Source: Betaproteobacteria bacterium
GTDB lineage: Bacteria; Pseudomonadota; Gammaproteobacteria; Burkholderiales; SG8-39
DNA length: 64,000 nucleotides
Direction of reading: 5' to 3'
Assembly (NCBI GenBank): GCA_947482825.1
Contig: CANKMT010000002.1
Coordinates: 5,166 to 69,165 of the forward strand
Part shown: positions 39,433 to 46,047 of the stretch, in pieces
Layout of the letters: each line of letters opens with the position of its first letter
How positions within the stretch are numbered: the first letter of the stretch is position 1
Made by a program: the position numbers and the translations under genes
The notes under the pieces: generated by a model
Database searches by the model: none
Told to the model about the DNA's origin: nothing
The model's input: the letters and a program-made list of their open reading frames with translations, nothing else

Positions 39433-39861
39433 CTAGCTCGGGCGCCGAGTCGCCGGCCAGTTCGTCACCTTCAGTCCCGGAACGCGCGAAAACTCGTCCA
39501 GATTGCGGGTCACCAGCCGCAATCCGGCCGCGCGCGCGTGTGCGGCGATCAAGAGGTCGTTGGCCCCGATCGGCCGACCGAGACGTTCAAGATGAGCGCG
39601 GATCTCTCCATAGTGACGGTCCGCGCCTGCTTCCAAGGGCAGCACGGCAAGTGCTTGCAGGATGCTCTCCAGTTGGTCGGTCAACCGCGGGGAGCCTTTC
39701 TTCGCCGCGCCGTAACGCAGCTCGCAGGCCACGACGATGCTCGTGCAAACCGCCTCGTCACCCGTCCGGGCAATGCGCCGCGCAACAGCGCCGCGCGGAT
39801 CGCGCACCAGATCGGACACGATATTGGTGTCCAGCAGGTATCGATGCACGGCCTTCTTCAC
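39433..39861 (-). CDS. vapC: PIN-domain toxin VapC
   Basis: YLLDTNIVSDLVRDP N-terminus, IGANDLLIAAHA, TRNLDEF. Confidence 0.9.
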   Translation of the reverse strand: MKKAVHRYLLDTNIVSDLVRDPRGAVARRIARTGDEAVCTSIVVACELRYGAAKKGSPRLTDQLESILQALAVLPLEAGADRHYGEIRAHLERLGRPIGANDLLIAAHARAAGLRLVTRNLDEFSRVPGLKVTNWPATRRPS

Positions 39862-39864
39862 GGT

Positions 39865-40095
39865 CTACAGATCGACTGGTTCGGGTGCACGGTCGCGCAC
39901 CCCGGGCATCGATTCTTCCAGCGGCCGCAGCGTTTCAAGCACCGCGAGAAGCGACCGGGGTTTTGCCGGGCGAAGGACGAGCGCGTCGCCCTCGCGGGTA
40001 AGCAGCGCTTCGCTTCCCGGCAACTCGAATTCCCGGGGAATGCGCACGGCCTGGTTGCGGCCGTTGCGGAACAGACGGACGTTGCGCGATTCCAT
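39865..40095 (-). CDS. vapB: AbrB/SpoVT-type antitoxin VapB
   Basis: VRLFRNGRNQAVRIPREFELPG motif. Its ATG overlaps the TAA of the RT ORF (TAATG). Confidence 0.85.
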   Translation of the reverse strand: MESRNVRLFRNGRNQAVRIPREFELPGSEALLTREGDALVLRPAKPRSLLAVLETLRPLEESMPGVRDRAPEPVDL

Positions 40096-41573
40096 TAAAT
40101 TTCCCAGCCTATGCCATGGCCTATGCTAACACGAAGTATCGGCTGTTCGTGTGACGACCTCGGTCCAGGGACGGCGGCGCCGCCGTTCCGTCTTCGGAAC
40201 GCAAGCGGCGCCGCGTGCCAGCGGTGCACCCGCAGCTCACCTTCTGCATGCACCGCCCTTCTCATCATGACCGGCCCTGGACGCCCTTGGCACACCCGCG
40301 CGCTCGGTGGAGTGCGCGGCTCAGGCACTTCGAGCGTACTGGCGAGACGAAAACCCGAGTTGTTGTTGCGGTTATCGGTCGTGTTCCTATTGCGCTTCGC
40401 GGAGCGCACGTTGCGCGGGTTGTTGTTCCAGGACCCGCCGCGGATCACGCGCTGAGGAGAGGGGGCCGGCCAGGCCTCCGGACAGGGGCCACCGGTCGCG
40501 GGGCCGCCATCGCCCCACGCCGGATCGAACCACCCGCCCCGGAAGATCGCGTGGCGCAGTCTGGCGTTGTCCGCGTGCCGGGCATGCGCCACCCATGAAT
40601 TGATCCGCTGTACCACTTCTCTCGTATCGACGCTACCCGCGCGCCAGCGATCGCGCAGACCGCGCAGGCGGTTGCGAAAACGCCGCACGTTGTCTGCGGG
40701 CAGCCTGCGCGCGCCGCCGGGATGGAGCACGAATCCGAGAAACTGCGCGGGGTCGCCGGTCAGCACGATCCGGGTTTTGCGCGGATGCAACATCAGGCGC
40801 CTTTGGGCGAGAAACTTTTCGATGCGCTCCCGCCAGTCGGCCAATACACCAGGATCGTCGTGAAACAACGCGAAGTCGTCCACATAGCGCACGTAGCCCT
40901 TCGTTCGCAGTACTTCCTTTGCGAAGTGATCGAGCGCGTCGAGGTACACGTTGGCGAAGAACTGGCTGGTCAGGTTGCCGATCGGCAGTCCGCGCCGGCG
41001 CTCGAACGGCGTGAACAGGTCGTCGCCCGGGAAATAGGCATTCACCGCCTCCTGCGGGTTCGAGCCGTCCACGATCCTGTCCAGCAGCGCGAGCGTGTCG
41101 CGGCAGGCGATGCGCCTTCGCAAATCGGCTTTCAGCACCGCATGGTCGATCGAGGGAAAGAACCGGTAGATGTCGCAGCGGAGTACCTGGCCGAACCGGT
41201 CGCGGTACTGCTCGAAGCGCGCCACCGCGCGGTGCGAACCCTTGCCTTGCCGGTTGGCGTAGCTGTCGGCGATGAAGCCTCGTTCGAACAGCGGCTCGAC
41301 CACCGCGCACACGGCGTGGTGCACGACGCGGTCGCGGAACGGCGCGGCCGAGATGAAGCGCTCCTTGGGGTCCTTGACCAGGAACGTGGTGTAGCCGCCG
41401 GGACGATAGCTGCCGTCGAGCAACTGCCCCTCCAGCCGCAATAGTTCCTTCTCCAGATTCGCCATGAACGCCGCGGCGCCCGGCTTCTTGCGCTTGCCCT
41501 TCACGGCTCCCTTCGCCGCCGCGTGCAGCGCGCGAAACGAGGCGATGGCCGGGAAAAGACCGTCAGCCCGCAT
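40095..41573 (-). CDS. DGR-type reverse transcriptase (ORF continues through the TR to 40095)
   Basis: FISAAPFRDRVVHHAV, LPIGNLTSQFFANVYL (the SQ motif typical of DGR RTs), catalytic YVRYVDDFALF. RT-like sequence ends near ...LRHAIFRGGWF (about 40500). The remaining roughly 130 codons are the TR plus low-complexity read-through. Confidence 0.9.
   Translation of the reverse strand: MRADGLFPAIASFRALHAAAKGAVKGKRKKPGAAAFMANLEKELLRLEGQLLDGSYRPGGYTTFLVKDPKERFISAAPFRDRVVHHAVCAVVEPLFERGFIADSYANRQGKGSHRAVARFEQYRDRFGQVLRCDIYRFFPSIDHAVLKADLRRRIACRDTLALLDRIVDGSNPQEAVNAYFPGDDLFTPFERRRGLPIGNLTSQFFANVYLDALDHFAKEVLRTKGYVRYVDDFALFHDDPGVLADWRERIEKFLAQRRLMLHPRKTRIVLTGDPAQFLGFVLHPGGARRLPADNVRRFRNRLRGLRDRWRAGSVDTREVVQRINSWVAHARHADNARLRHAIFRGGWFDPAWGDGGPATGGPCPEAWPAPSPQRVIRGGSWNNNPRNVRSAKRNRNTTDNRNNNSGFRLASTLEVPEPRTPPSARVCQGRPGPVMMRRAVHAEGELRVHRWHAAPLAFRRRNGGAAVPGPRSSHEQPILRVSIGHGIGWEI
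40296..40319 (-). other. GC-rich hairpin immediately downstream of the TR
   Basis: Coding strand CCGCGCACTC-CACC-GAGCGCGCGG: 10-bp stem with one mismatch and a 4-nt loop, about 12 nt past the end of TR homology. Confidence 0.4.
40331..40456 (-). repeat. DGR template repeat (TR)
   Basis: 126 nt homologous to 42672-42797. Contains nine AAC codons (reads QRVIRGGSWNNNPRNVRSAKRNRNTTDNRNNNSGFRLASTL in the VR frame). Confidence 0.88.
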
Positions 41574-41607
41574 GCTCCAAAGCTCGTTTCATGTGGACTT
41601 GGACCGC

Positions 41608-41856
41608 TCAAGCCGGCGGCGCCGGGAACTCGGCCACCGCGACGGCGCGATCGATGGCGACGACTTTCCGCAGCGCCTTGATCCGCTCGATCTCATGCAG
41701 GGTCCGTGCGGTGAAGTACGACTCGCCGCAATGCGGGCAAGACCACAGGGGAATGCGTTCGATCACCAGGAGCGACGCGCCCTGGCCGAAACTGCGAGTG
41801 ACTTTTCGTAGTTCGACCCCCTTCTTGGAGCATGACGCGCAAACGGTCTTAGGCAA
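41608..41856 (-). CDS. YgiT/MqsA-type zinc-ribbon protein (putative antitoxin)
   Basis: TTG start (MPKTVCASCSKKG...) overlapping the upstream stop by 8 nt. Two Cys pairs, CASC and CPHCGESYF. 82 aa. Confidence 0.72.
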   Translation of the reverse strand: MPKTVCASCSKKGVELRKVTRSFGQGASLLVIERIPLWSCPHCGESYFTARTLHEIERIKALRKVVAIDRAVAVAEFPAPPA

Positions 41857-42136
41857 GGTAGACGGTGATGACGAAAAGCGTGCCACTTTGATTGAATTTG
41901 ACGACCGCTTCGGCCGGCCTGTCGTCGCTCGTGCGCCCTTGGATAACGAGCTTGCTTTCGCGCGTTCCGGTGTCGCGCTGGCGCGCGATGATCGTGCCCG
42001 TGAGGAGGAGGGTTTCGAGATCGAGGATCGTGAGTTCGTCATCGTCGAGTTCTTCCGCGGCGTGAAGCGAAACGGCATAGTCGAGGGAGCGAACGCAATC
42101 GCGAACGTGGCTGATCGAACGCCGTGTTCCCGCCAT
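41849..42136 (-). CDS. DUF4258-like small protein (putative toxin partner)
   Basis: 95 aa. ...SLHAAEELDDDELTILDLETLLLTGTIIARQ...VVKFNQSGTLFVITVYLA resembles DUF4258 proteins, which usually precede YgiT zinc-finger genes. Confidence 0.65.
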   Translation of the reverse strand: MAGTRRSISHVRDCVRSLDYAVSLHAAEELDDDELTILDLETLLLTGTIIARQRDTGTRESKLVIQGRTSDDRPAEAVVKFNQSGTLFVITVYLA

Positions 42137-42218
42137 GTTTTGATTGTAACGTATTGCCTGTCGAGTGCCTGTTTGCGCCGCCTACGGAGCGCAAGCGGGC
42201 CCCGCTCGGCTCGATCAG

Positions 42219-42593
42219 TCAGCTCGCCGCGGCATCGTGCGCCTTCTTCCAGCCGCCGACCATGCGGCCGATTTCGTCGAGGGCTCGCGCCGCGCGCTCG
42301 TAGCGCGCGAGGTCAAGGTGGCGAAGGTCGGTTGCGAGCCGGAACTGGAACCGAAGTTTCTCGATGCCGAGATTCGCCTGCGCGAGAAGCCGCACACGCT
42401 CCTTTGTTGTGTAGGTCGCCTCGACAAATCGCTCCAACACGTCCATCGCGGTGGACTGGATACGGTCGCCGAGCAGGAATTTCTGGCTGCGCGGGAATTT
42501 TTCGACCGCCGGGACCAGCCACAGCATGAATCGGTACATGGCTTCGAGCGCGGGTCCCGTCCGCCTGGCGGCTTCGCGTTTTGGTTCCGGCAT
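42219..42593 (-). CDS. avd: DGR accessory variability determinant (Avd; four-helix-bundle, 23S-rRNA-IVS protein family)
   Basis: Start at ATG (MPEPKREAARR) 6 nt after GAAGGAG. ...YRFMLWLVPAVEKFPRSQKFLLGDRIQSTAMDVLERFVEA...LRFQFRLATDL... basic helical protein of about 124 aa between the target and the RT. Confidence 0.85.
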   Translation of the reverse strand: MPEPKREAARRTGPALEAMYRFMLWLVPAVEKFPRSQKFLLGDRIQSTAMDVLERFVEATYTTKERVRLLAQANLGIEKLRFQFRLATDLRHLDLARYERAARALDEIGRMVGGWKKAHDAAAS

Positions 42594-42606
42594 TTTCGAC
42601 TCCTTC

Positions 42607-42634
42607 AAAAAAATTCGGCCGCGCGGAGCGCGGC
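42607..42634 (-). terminator. GC hairpin plus T-run about 30 nt downstream of the VR/target stop
   Basis: Coding strand GCCGCGC-TCC-GCGCGGC followed by CGAATTTTTTT. It could act as an intrinsic terminator and/or as the hairpin that often follows DGR VRs. Confidence 0.6.
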
Positions 42635-42663
42635 AAGAGGTAAAGAGGCAAAGACCCAGGAGG

Positions 42664-43655
42664 TTACTGCTCGAGCGTCCTGGCGAGACGAAAACCCGAG
42701 TGGTCGTAGCGGAGATCGGAAGCGGACCTATTGCGCTTCGCGGAGCGCACGTAGCGCGGGTCGTAGTTCCAGGACCCGCCGCGGATCACGCGCTGAGAAC
42801 AATTCCCAGACGCGCATACGCTCCCATTGATCGGTGCGCCGTTGTAATTTCCATTCCAGCAATCCTCCGTCCATTCCCAGACATTGCCGAGCACGTCGAA
42901 GAGCCCGAATCGATTCGGCTTGAACGAACCGACCGGTGCCGGAAACCAGTGCCCGTCGTTGCAATTGTGCTTGTTGCTCCAACTACTCCGGTCATGGGTC
43001 GTTTGATCCGCCACGTTCGCGTATTCGCATGCCTGATCCGCGTCGTCGCCCCAGTACCTCGCGGCCGTCGTGCCCGCGCGCGCTGCGTACTCCCACTCCG
43101 CCTCCGTCGGAAGGCGGTACTGCTGACCGGTCTTCTTCGATAGCCATTCGACAAAGGCACGGGCGTCGTTCCAACTGACGCACACCACGGAGTGTGTGCC
43201 GGACTGTTCGTAGCCGGGCGATCGCCAACTCCGACCCGGACGCCTTTCGAACCTTCCGTCCAACTTTTCCCACGCGCGGCATCCCTGCGCGCCGGTATTC
43301 TTCTCCGCGTCCGTCTTATACCCGGTCTCGTCGGCAAACCGCCGGAACTGCGCGACCGTGACTTCTGTCCTGCCCATCACAAACGCATTCGCGATCGTCA
43401 CCCGATGCTGCGGCCCCTCGTCGTCGTGCCGCCCGGCCTCCGACGCAGGTGAACCCATCGTAAACGCCCCGCCGGAATCACCACCATGCGCTGGCAATCG
43501 GGACAATCCTGAAACACCGAGCCGGGCTTGCGCGCAGCCTGCTTCGCCTCATCGGCTTTCTTCGCGGGATCGGCCCTGGCCTTCTCATCGGCGGCCTTCT
43601 TCGCCGCGAGTTCGGCCTTCTTCTTGTCTTCGTCCTCCTTCTTCAGCGCGAGCGC
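42664..43655 (-). pseudogene. DGR target gene: FGE/SUMF1 (C-type-lectin fold) domain protein, 5'-truncated and frameshifted
   Basis: ORF 42664-43506 encodes the FGE domain (GNVWEWTEDCW ... RGGSW...GFRLARTLEQ). A different frame at 43468-43655 encodes ALALKKEDEDKKK...FQDCPDCQRMVVIPAG, which should continue as xFTMGSPASEAG. This implies a 1-nt indel near 43465-43475. That frame begins right after a TAG at 43656-43658 with no start codon. Confidence 0.8.
42672..42797 (-). repeat. DGR variable repeat (VR)
   Basis: Last 126 nt of the target gene. 112/126 identical to the TR by hand alignment, with 12 of 14 differences at TR adenines. Confidence 0.88.
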
Positions 43656-43657
43656 CT

Positions 43658-44134
43658 ATCGGCGGAATCCCGTTCTTCTTCGGCCCGGTGATCGGCGCAT
43701 TGGTGTTCGTCTTTTTCGTGGTCGCGTTGTCCGGCTTCACCAAGGCCTGGCTGCTTTACCTCGGCCTCTTTTTCCTCGCCATGGTGCTGTACGCGCCCGG
43801 GGGCCTGGCCTCGCTGCTGCTCATGCAGATCCCCGTGATCCGCGCCCGGCGCTTCGGCGAGCTGGTGGTGCCCTACTTGCTGGCCGGCGGCGCGGCGTTG
43901 GTCGCGCTCGCGGGCCTGATCGGCATCGTCGAAATGGTGTACCGGCTCTCCGAGCAGGGCGCGAGCACGGTCCTCACGGCGTTCGGCGTGTCGTTCGACG
44001 CGACCTCCGCGACGCCATGGGCCGCCTTCGGCCTGATGCTGGGCGGCGGCCTCGTGGCGCTCCGCTACGCCGCGCGTCTGGTCGGCGAGCGCTGGGGCGC
44101 GATCCAGTCCGATCTGCAGGGGCGTGCGGCATGA
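43658..44134 (+). pseudogene. 3' fragment of a LivM-type ABC permease gene
   Basis: Only the C-terminal part (about 158 aa: IGGIPFFFGPVIGALVFVFFVVALSGFTKAWLLYLG...) of ORF 43358-44134 looks like a permease. Upstream residues are antisense to the DGR target. Confidence 0.75.
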
Positions 44135-44910
44135 GCCCCTCGGCAACGGCGCCGGCGATCGAGCTGCGCGACGTGCACAAGAGCTTCGGCAGCACGCGGA
44201 TCATCCAGGGCGTCTCGTTGTCGATAGAGCAAGGCGAGCGCCACGCCATCATCGGCCCCAACGGCGCCGGCAAGTCCACGCTCTACAACCTGATTTCCGG
44301 GCGCTTCCCGGTGTCCTCCGGGTCGATCTGGCTCAACGGCGAGGACATCACCGGCCTGAAACCGTACGAGATCAATCGCAAAGGGCTGTCGCGCAGCTTC
44401 CAGGTCACCAACATCTTCCACAACATGACGGTCTACGAGAACATCCGCTGCGGCGTGCTGTGGTCGCTCGGCTACAAGTATTCGTTCTGGGACCGCATCA
44501 ACGGGCTGGCCGAAGTGCGGCGCCGCGCCGAGGAAGTCATGGAGAAGATCGGCCTGGAAAAGCGCCGCGCCCTGCTTGCGGGTGTGCTCACCTACGCCGA
44601 GCAACGCGCGCTGGAAATCGGCGTCACCATTGCCGGGGGCGCCAGCGCGATCCTGCTCGACGAGCCGACCGCGGGCATGAGCCGGTCGGAGACCGCGCGG
44701 GCGGTCGAACTGGTGCGCACGATCACCGAGGGCCGCACACTAATCATGGTCGAACATGACATGGGCGTGGTTTTCGACCTCGCCAACCGCATCAGCGTGC
44801 TGGTCTACGGCGAAATCATCGCCACCGGCAAGCCGGCGGAAATCCGCGCCAACCCGGCGGTGCAGGAAGCCTATCTTGGCGGCCTGCACAAGGATGACGC
44901 TCATGCTTGA
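44131..44910 (+). CDS. livG: ABC transporter ATP-binding protein (LivG type)
   Basis: ATG MSPSATAPAIELRDVHKSFG. GPNGAGKST, LTYAEQRALEIG, ILLDEPTAGM. Confidence 0.9.
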   Translation: MSPSATAPAIELRDVHKSFGSTRIIQGVSLSIEQGERHAIIGPNGAGKSTLYNLISGRFPVSSGSIWLNGEDITGLKPYEINRKGLSRSFQVTNIFHNMTVYENIRCGVLWSLGYKYSFWDRINGLAEVRRRAEEVMEKIGLEKRRALLAGVLTYAEQRALEIGVTIAGGASAILLDEPTAGMSRSETARAVELVRTITEGRTLIMVEHDMGVVFDLANRISVLVYGEIIATGKPAEIRANPAVQEAYLGGLHKDDAHA

Positions 44911-45598
44911 GGCCACCGATCTCCACGCGTACTACGGCAAGAGCCACATTCTGCATGGCGTCAACCTGAGGGTGGGCGAGGGCGAGATCGTCAGTCTGCT
45001 GGGCAGGAACGGCGTGGGCCGCTCGACCACGATCAAGGCGATCATGGGCATGGTGGACTGCGCCGGGTCGGTGAAATTCCGCGGCGAGGAGATGGTCGGC
45101 CTCAAGGCCTACCAGGTGGCGCACAAGGGGCTGGGCTACGTGCCGGAGAACCGCGACATCTTCCCAACGCTGACGGTGCGCCAGAACCTGCTGCTCGGGC
45201 AAAAGGGCAACCAGGAGTCCGCGCGCTGGAAGATGGAAGACATGTTCGAGCTTTTTCCCCGCCTGAAGGAACGCGCCGACACGCAGGCCGGCGTCCTCTC
45301 GGGAGGCGAACAGCAGATGCTCACTCTGTGCCGCACGCTGATGGGCGACCCGGCCCTGGTGATGATCGATGAGCCCACCGAGGGCCTGGCGCCCAAGATC
45401 GTCGAGCAGGTGGCGCGCCTGTTTGAGGAGATCCGAAAGCGCGGAGTGTCGATCCTGCTGGTGGAGCAGAAGCTGGCCATTGCGCTCGACATCTCCGAAC
45501 GACTGTACGTCATGGGCCACGGCAGCATCGTCTTCGAAGGCAAGCCGCGCGATGTGAGAGAGGATGCCGCCATGCGAAAGGAGTGGCTGGAGGTTTAG
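44894..45598 (+). CDS. livF: ABC transporter ATP-binding protein (LivF type)
   Basis: MTLMLEATDLHAYYGKSHIL (the alternative ATG at 44903 is equally possible). GRNGVGRST, LSGGEQQML, VMIDEPTEGL. Confidence 0.9.
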   Translation: MTLMLEATDLHAYYGKSHILHGVNLRVGEGEIVSLLGRNGVGRSTTIKAIMGMVDCAGSVKFRGEEMVGLKAYQVAHKGLGYVPENRDIFPTLTVRQNLLLGQKGNQESARWKMEDMFELFPRLKERADTQAGVLSGGEQQMLTLCRTLMGDPALVMIDEPTEGLAPKIVEQVARLFEEIRKRGVSILLVEQKLAIALDISERLYVMGHGSIVFEGKPRDVREDAAMRKEWLEV

Positions 45599-45680
45599 TC
45601 GCTCAGATCTCACTGTCCTGAATCGTCAGCGCGCTTTAGTCGCGGCAAGACCTTTCAAAGTCATGATTTCAGTCCGTTTC

Positions 45681-45726
45681 ATGGGAACAGAATGTTGTTC
45701 CCATTACGGGAACTTTGCGCTACAAT
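45681..45726 (+). promoter_or_regulatory. Candidate higBA operator/promoter
   Basis: Perfect 9-bp inverted repeat ATGGGAACA-N6-TGTTCCCAT (45681-45704), followed 16 nt later by TACAAT (45721-45726) and 28 nt later by the higB ATG. Confidence 0.4.
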
Positions 45727-45754
45727 TTCGGCATCATGAACCCCAAGAACACGG

Positions 45755-46045
45755 ATGCGGATCGTCGGGCGCGACAAGCTCGATGAGTTTGCAGGCGCAC
45801 ATCCAGACGCCCGCTCATGGATCGAGAACTGGCTTGCCGTTACAGAGGCAGCCCAATGGCGTACGCCCCAAGAAATCAAGGCGCTGCATTCGTCGGCGAG
45901 CTTTTTGCCGGAACGACTCGTGATCTTCAACGTAAAGGGCAATCATTACAGACTCGAAGTGCAGGTTGCCTACAACACGGGTTTGGTAATTGTCCGTTGG
46001 GCTGGGACGCACGCCGAGTACACGAAACGCAATACAGAAAAGTGA
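45755..46045 (+). CDS. higB: HigB-family type II toxin (RelE-fold mRNA interferase)
   Basis: 96 aa. MRIVGRDKLDEFAGAHPDARSWIENW...VIFNVKGNHYRLEVQVAYNTGLVIVRWAGTHAEYTKR matches the HigB_toxin family pattern. Confidence 0.88.
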   Translation: MRIVGRDKLDEFAGAHPDARSWIENWLAVTEAAQWRTPQEIKALHSSASFLPERLVIFNVKGNHYRLEVQVAYNTGLVIVRWAGTHAEYTKRNTEK

Positions 46046-46047
46046 AC

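Larger units (their letters stand above)
40095..43655 (-). mobile_element. Diversity-generating retroelement cassette (target-VR / avd / nested TA-like pair / RT / TR)
   Basis: DGR-type RT, Avd-like gene, and a 126-nt TR/VR pair with adenine-biased mismatches on an FGE/C-type-lectin-fold target. See component features. Confidence 0.85.

Noticed and set aside
40331-40480. An FGE/lectin-like C-terminal domain fused to the reverse transcriptase (RGGSW...GFRLA inside the RT ORF).
   Set aside because: Only the last 42 residues or so of an FGE domain are present. The segment is a nucleotide-level repeat of the target's 3' end with Asn (AAC) at the variable codons, so it is the DGR template repeat and not a folded domain.
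40095-41573. Retron, group II intron or Abi/DRT-type defence reverse transcriptase.
   Set aside because: An Avd-like gene, a TR/VR pair with adenine-specific differences, and the SQ-containing RT motif all point to a DGR. I saw no maturase or endonuclease domains, no intron-like RNA domains, and no retron msr/msd-type repeats.
42137-42218. A TACAAT hexamer 6 nt before the DUF4258-like ATG as a leaderless promoter for the nested TA-like pair.
   Set aside because: No acceptable -35 element at 16-18 bp spacing. The idea cannot be supported from sequence alone.
43358-44134. The 258-aa ORF as an intact membrane protein.
   Set aside because: Its first 100 residues or so are antisense to the DGR target gene and are low-complexity. 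Only the part from about 43658 onward resembles a LivM C-terminus.
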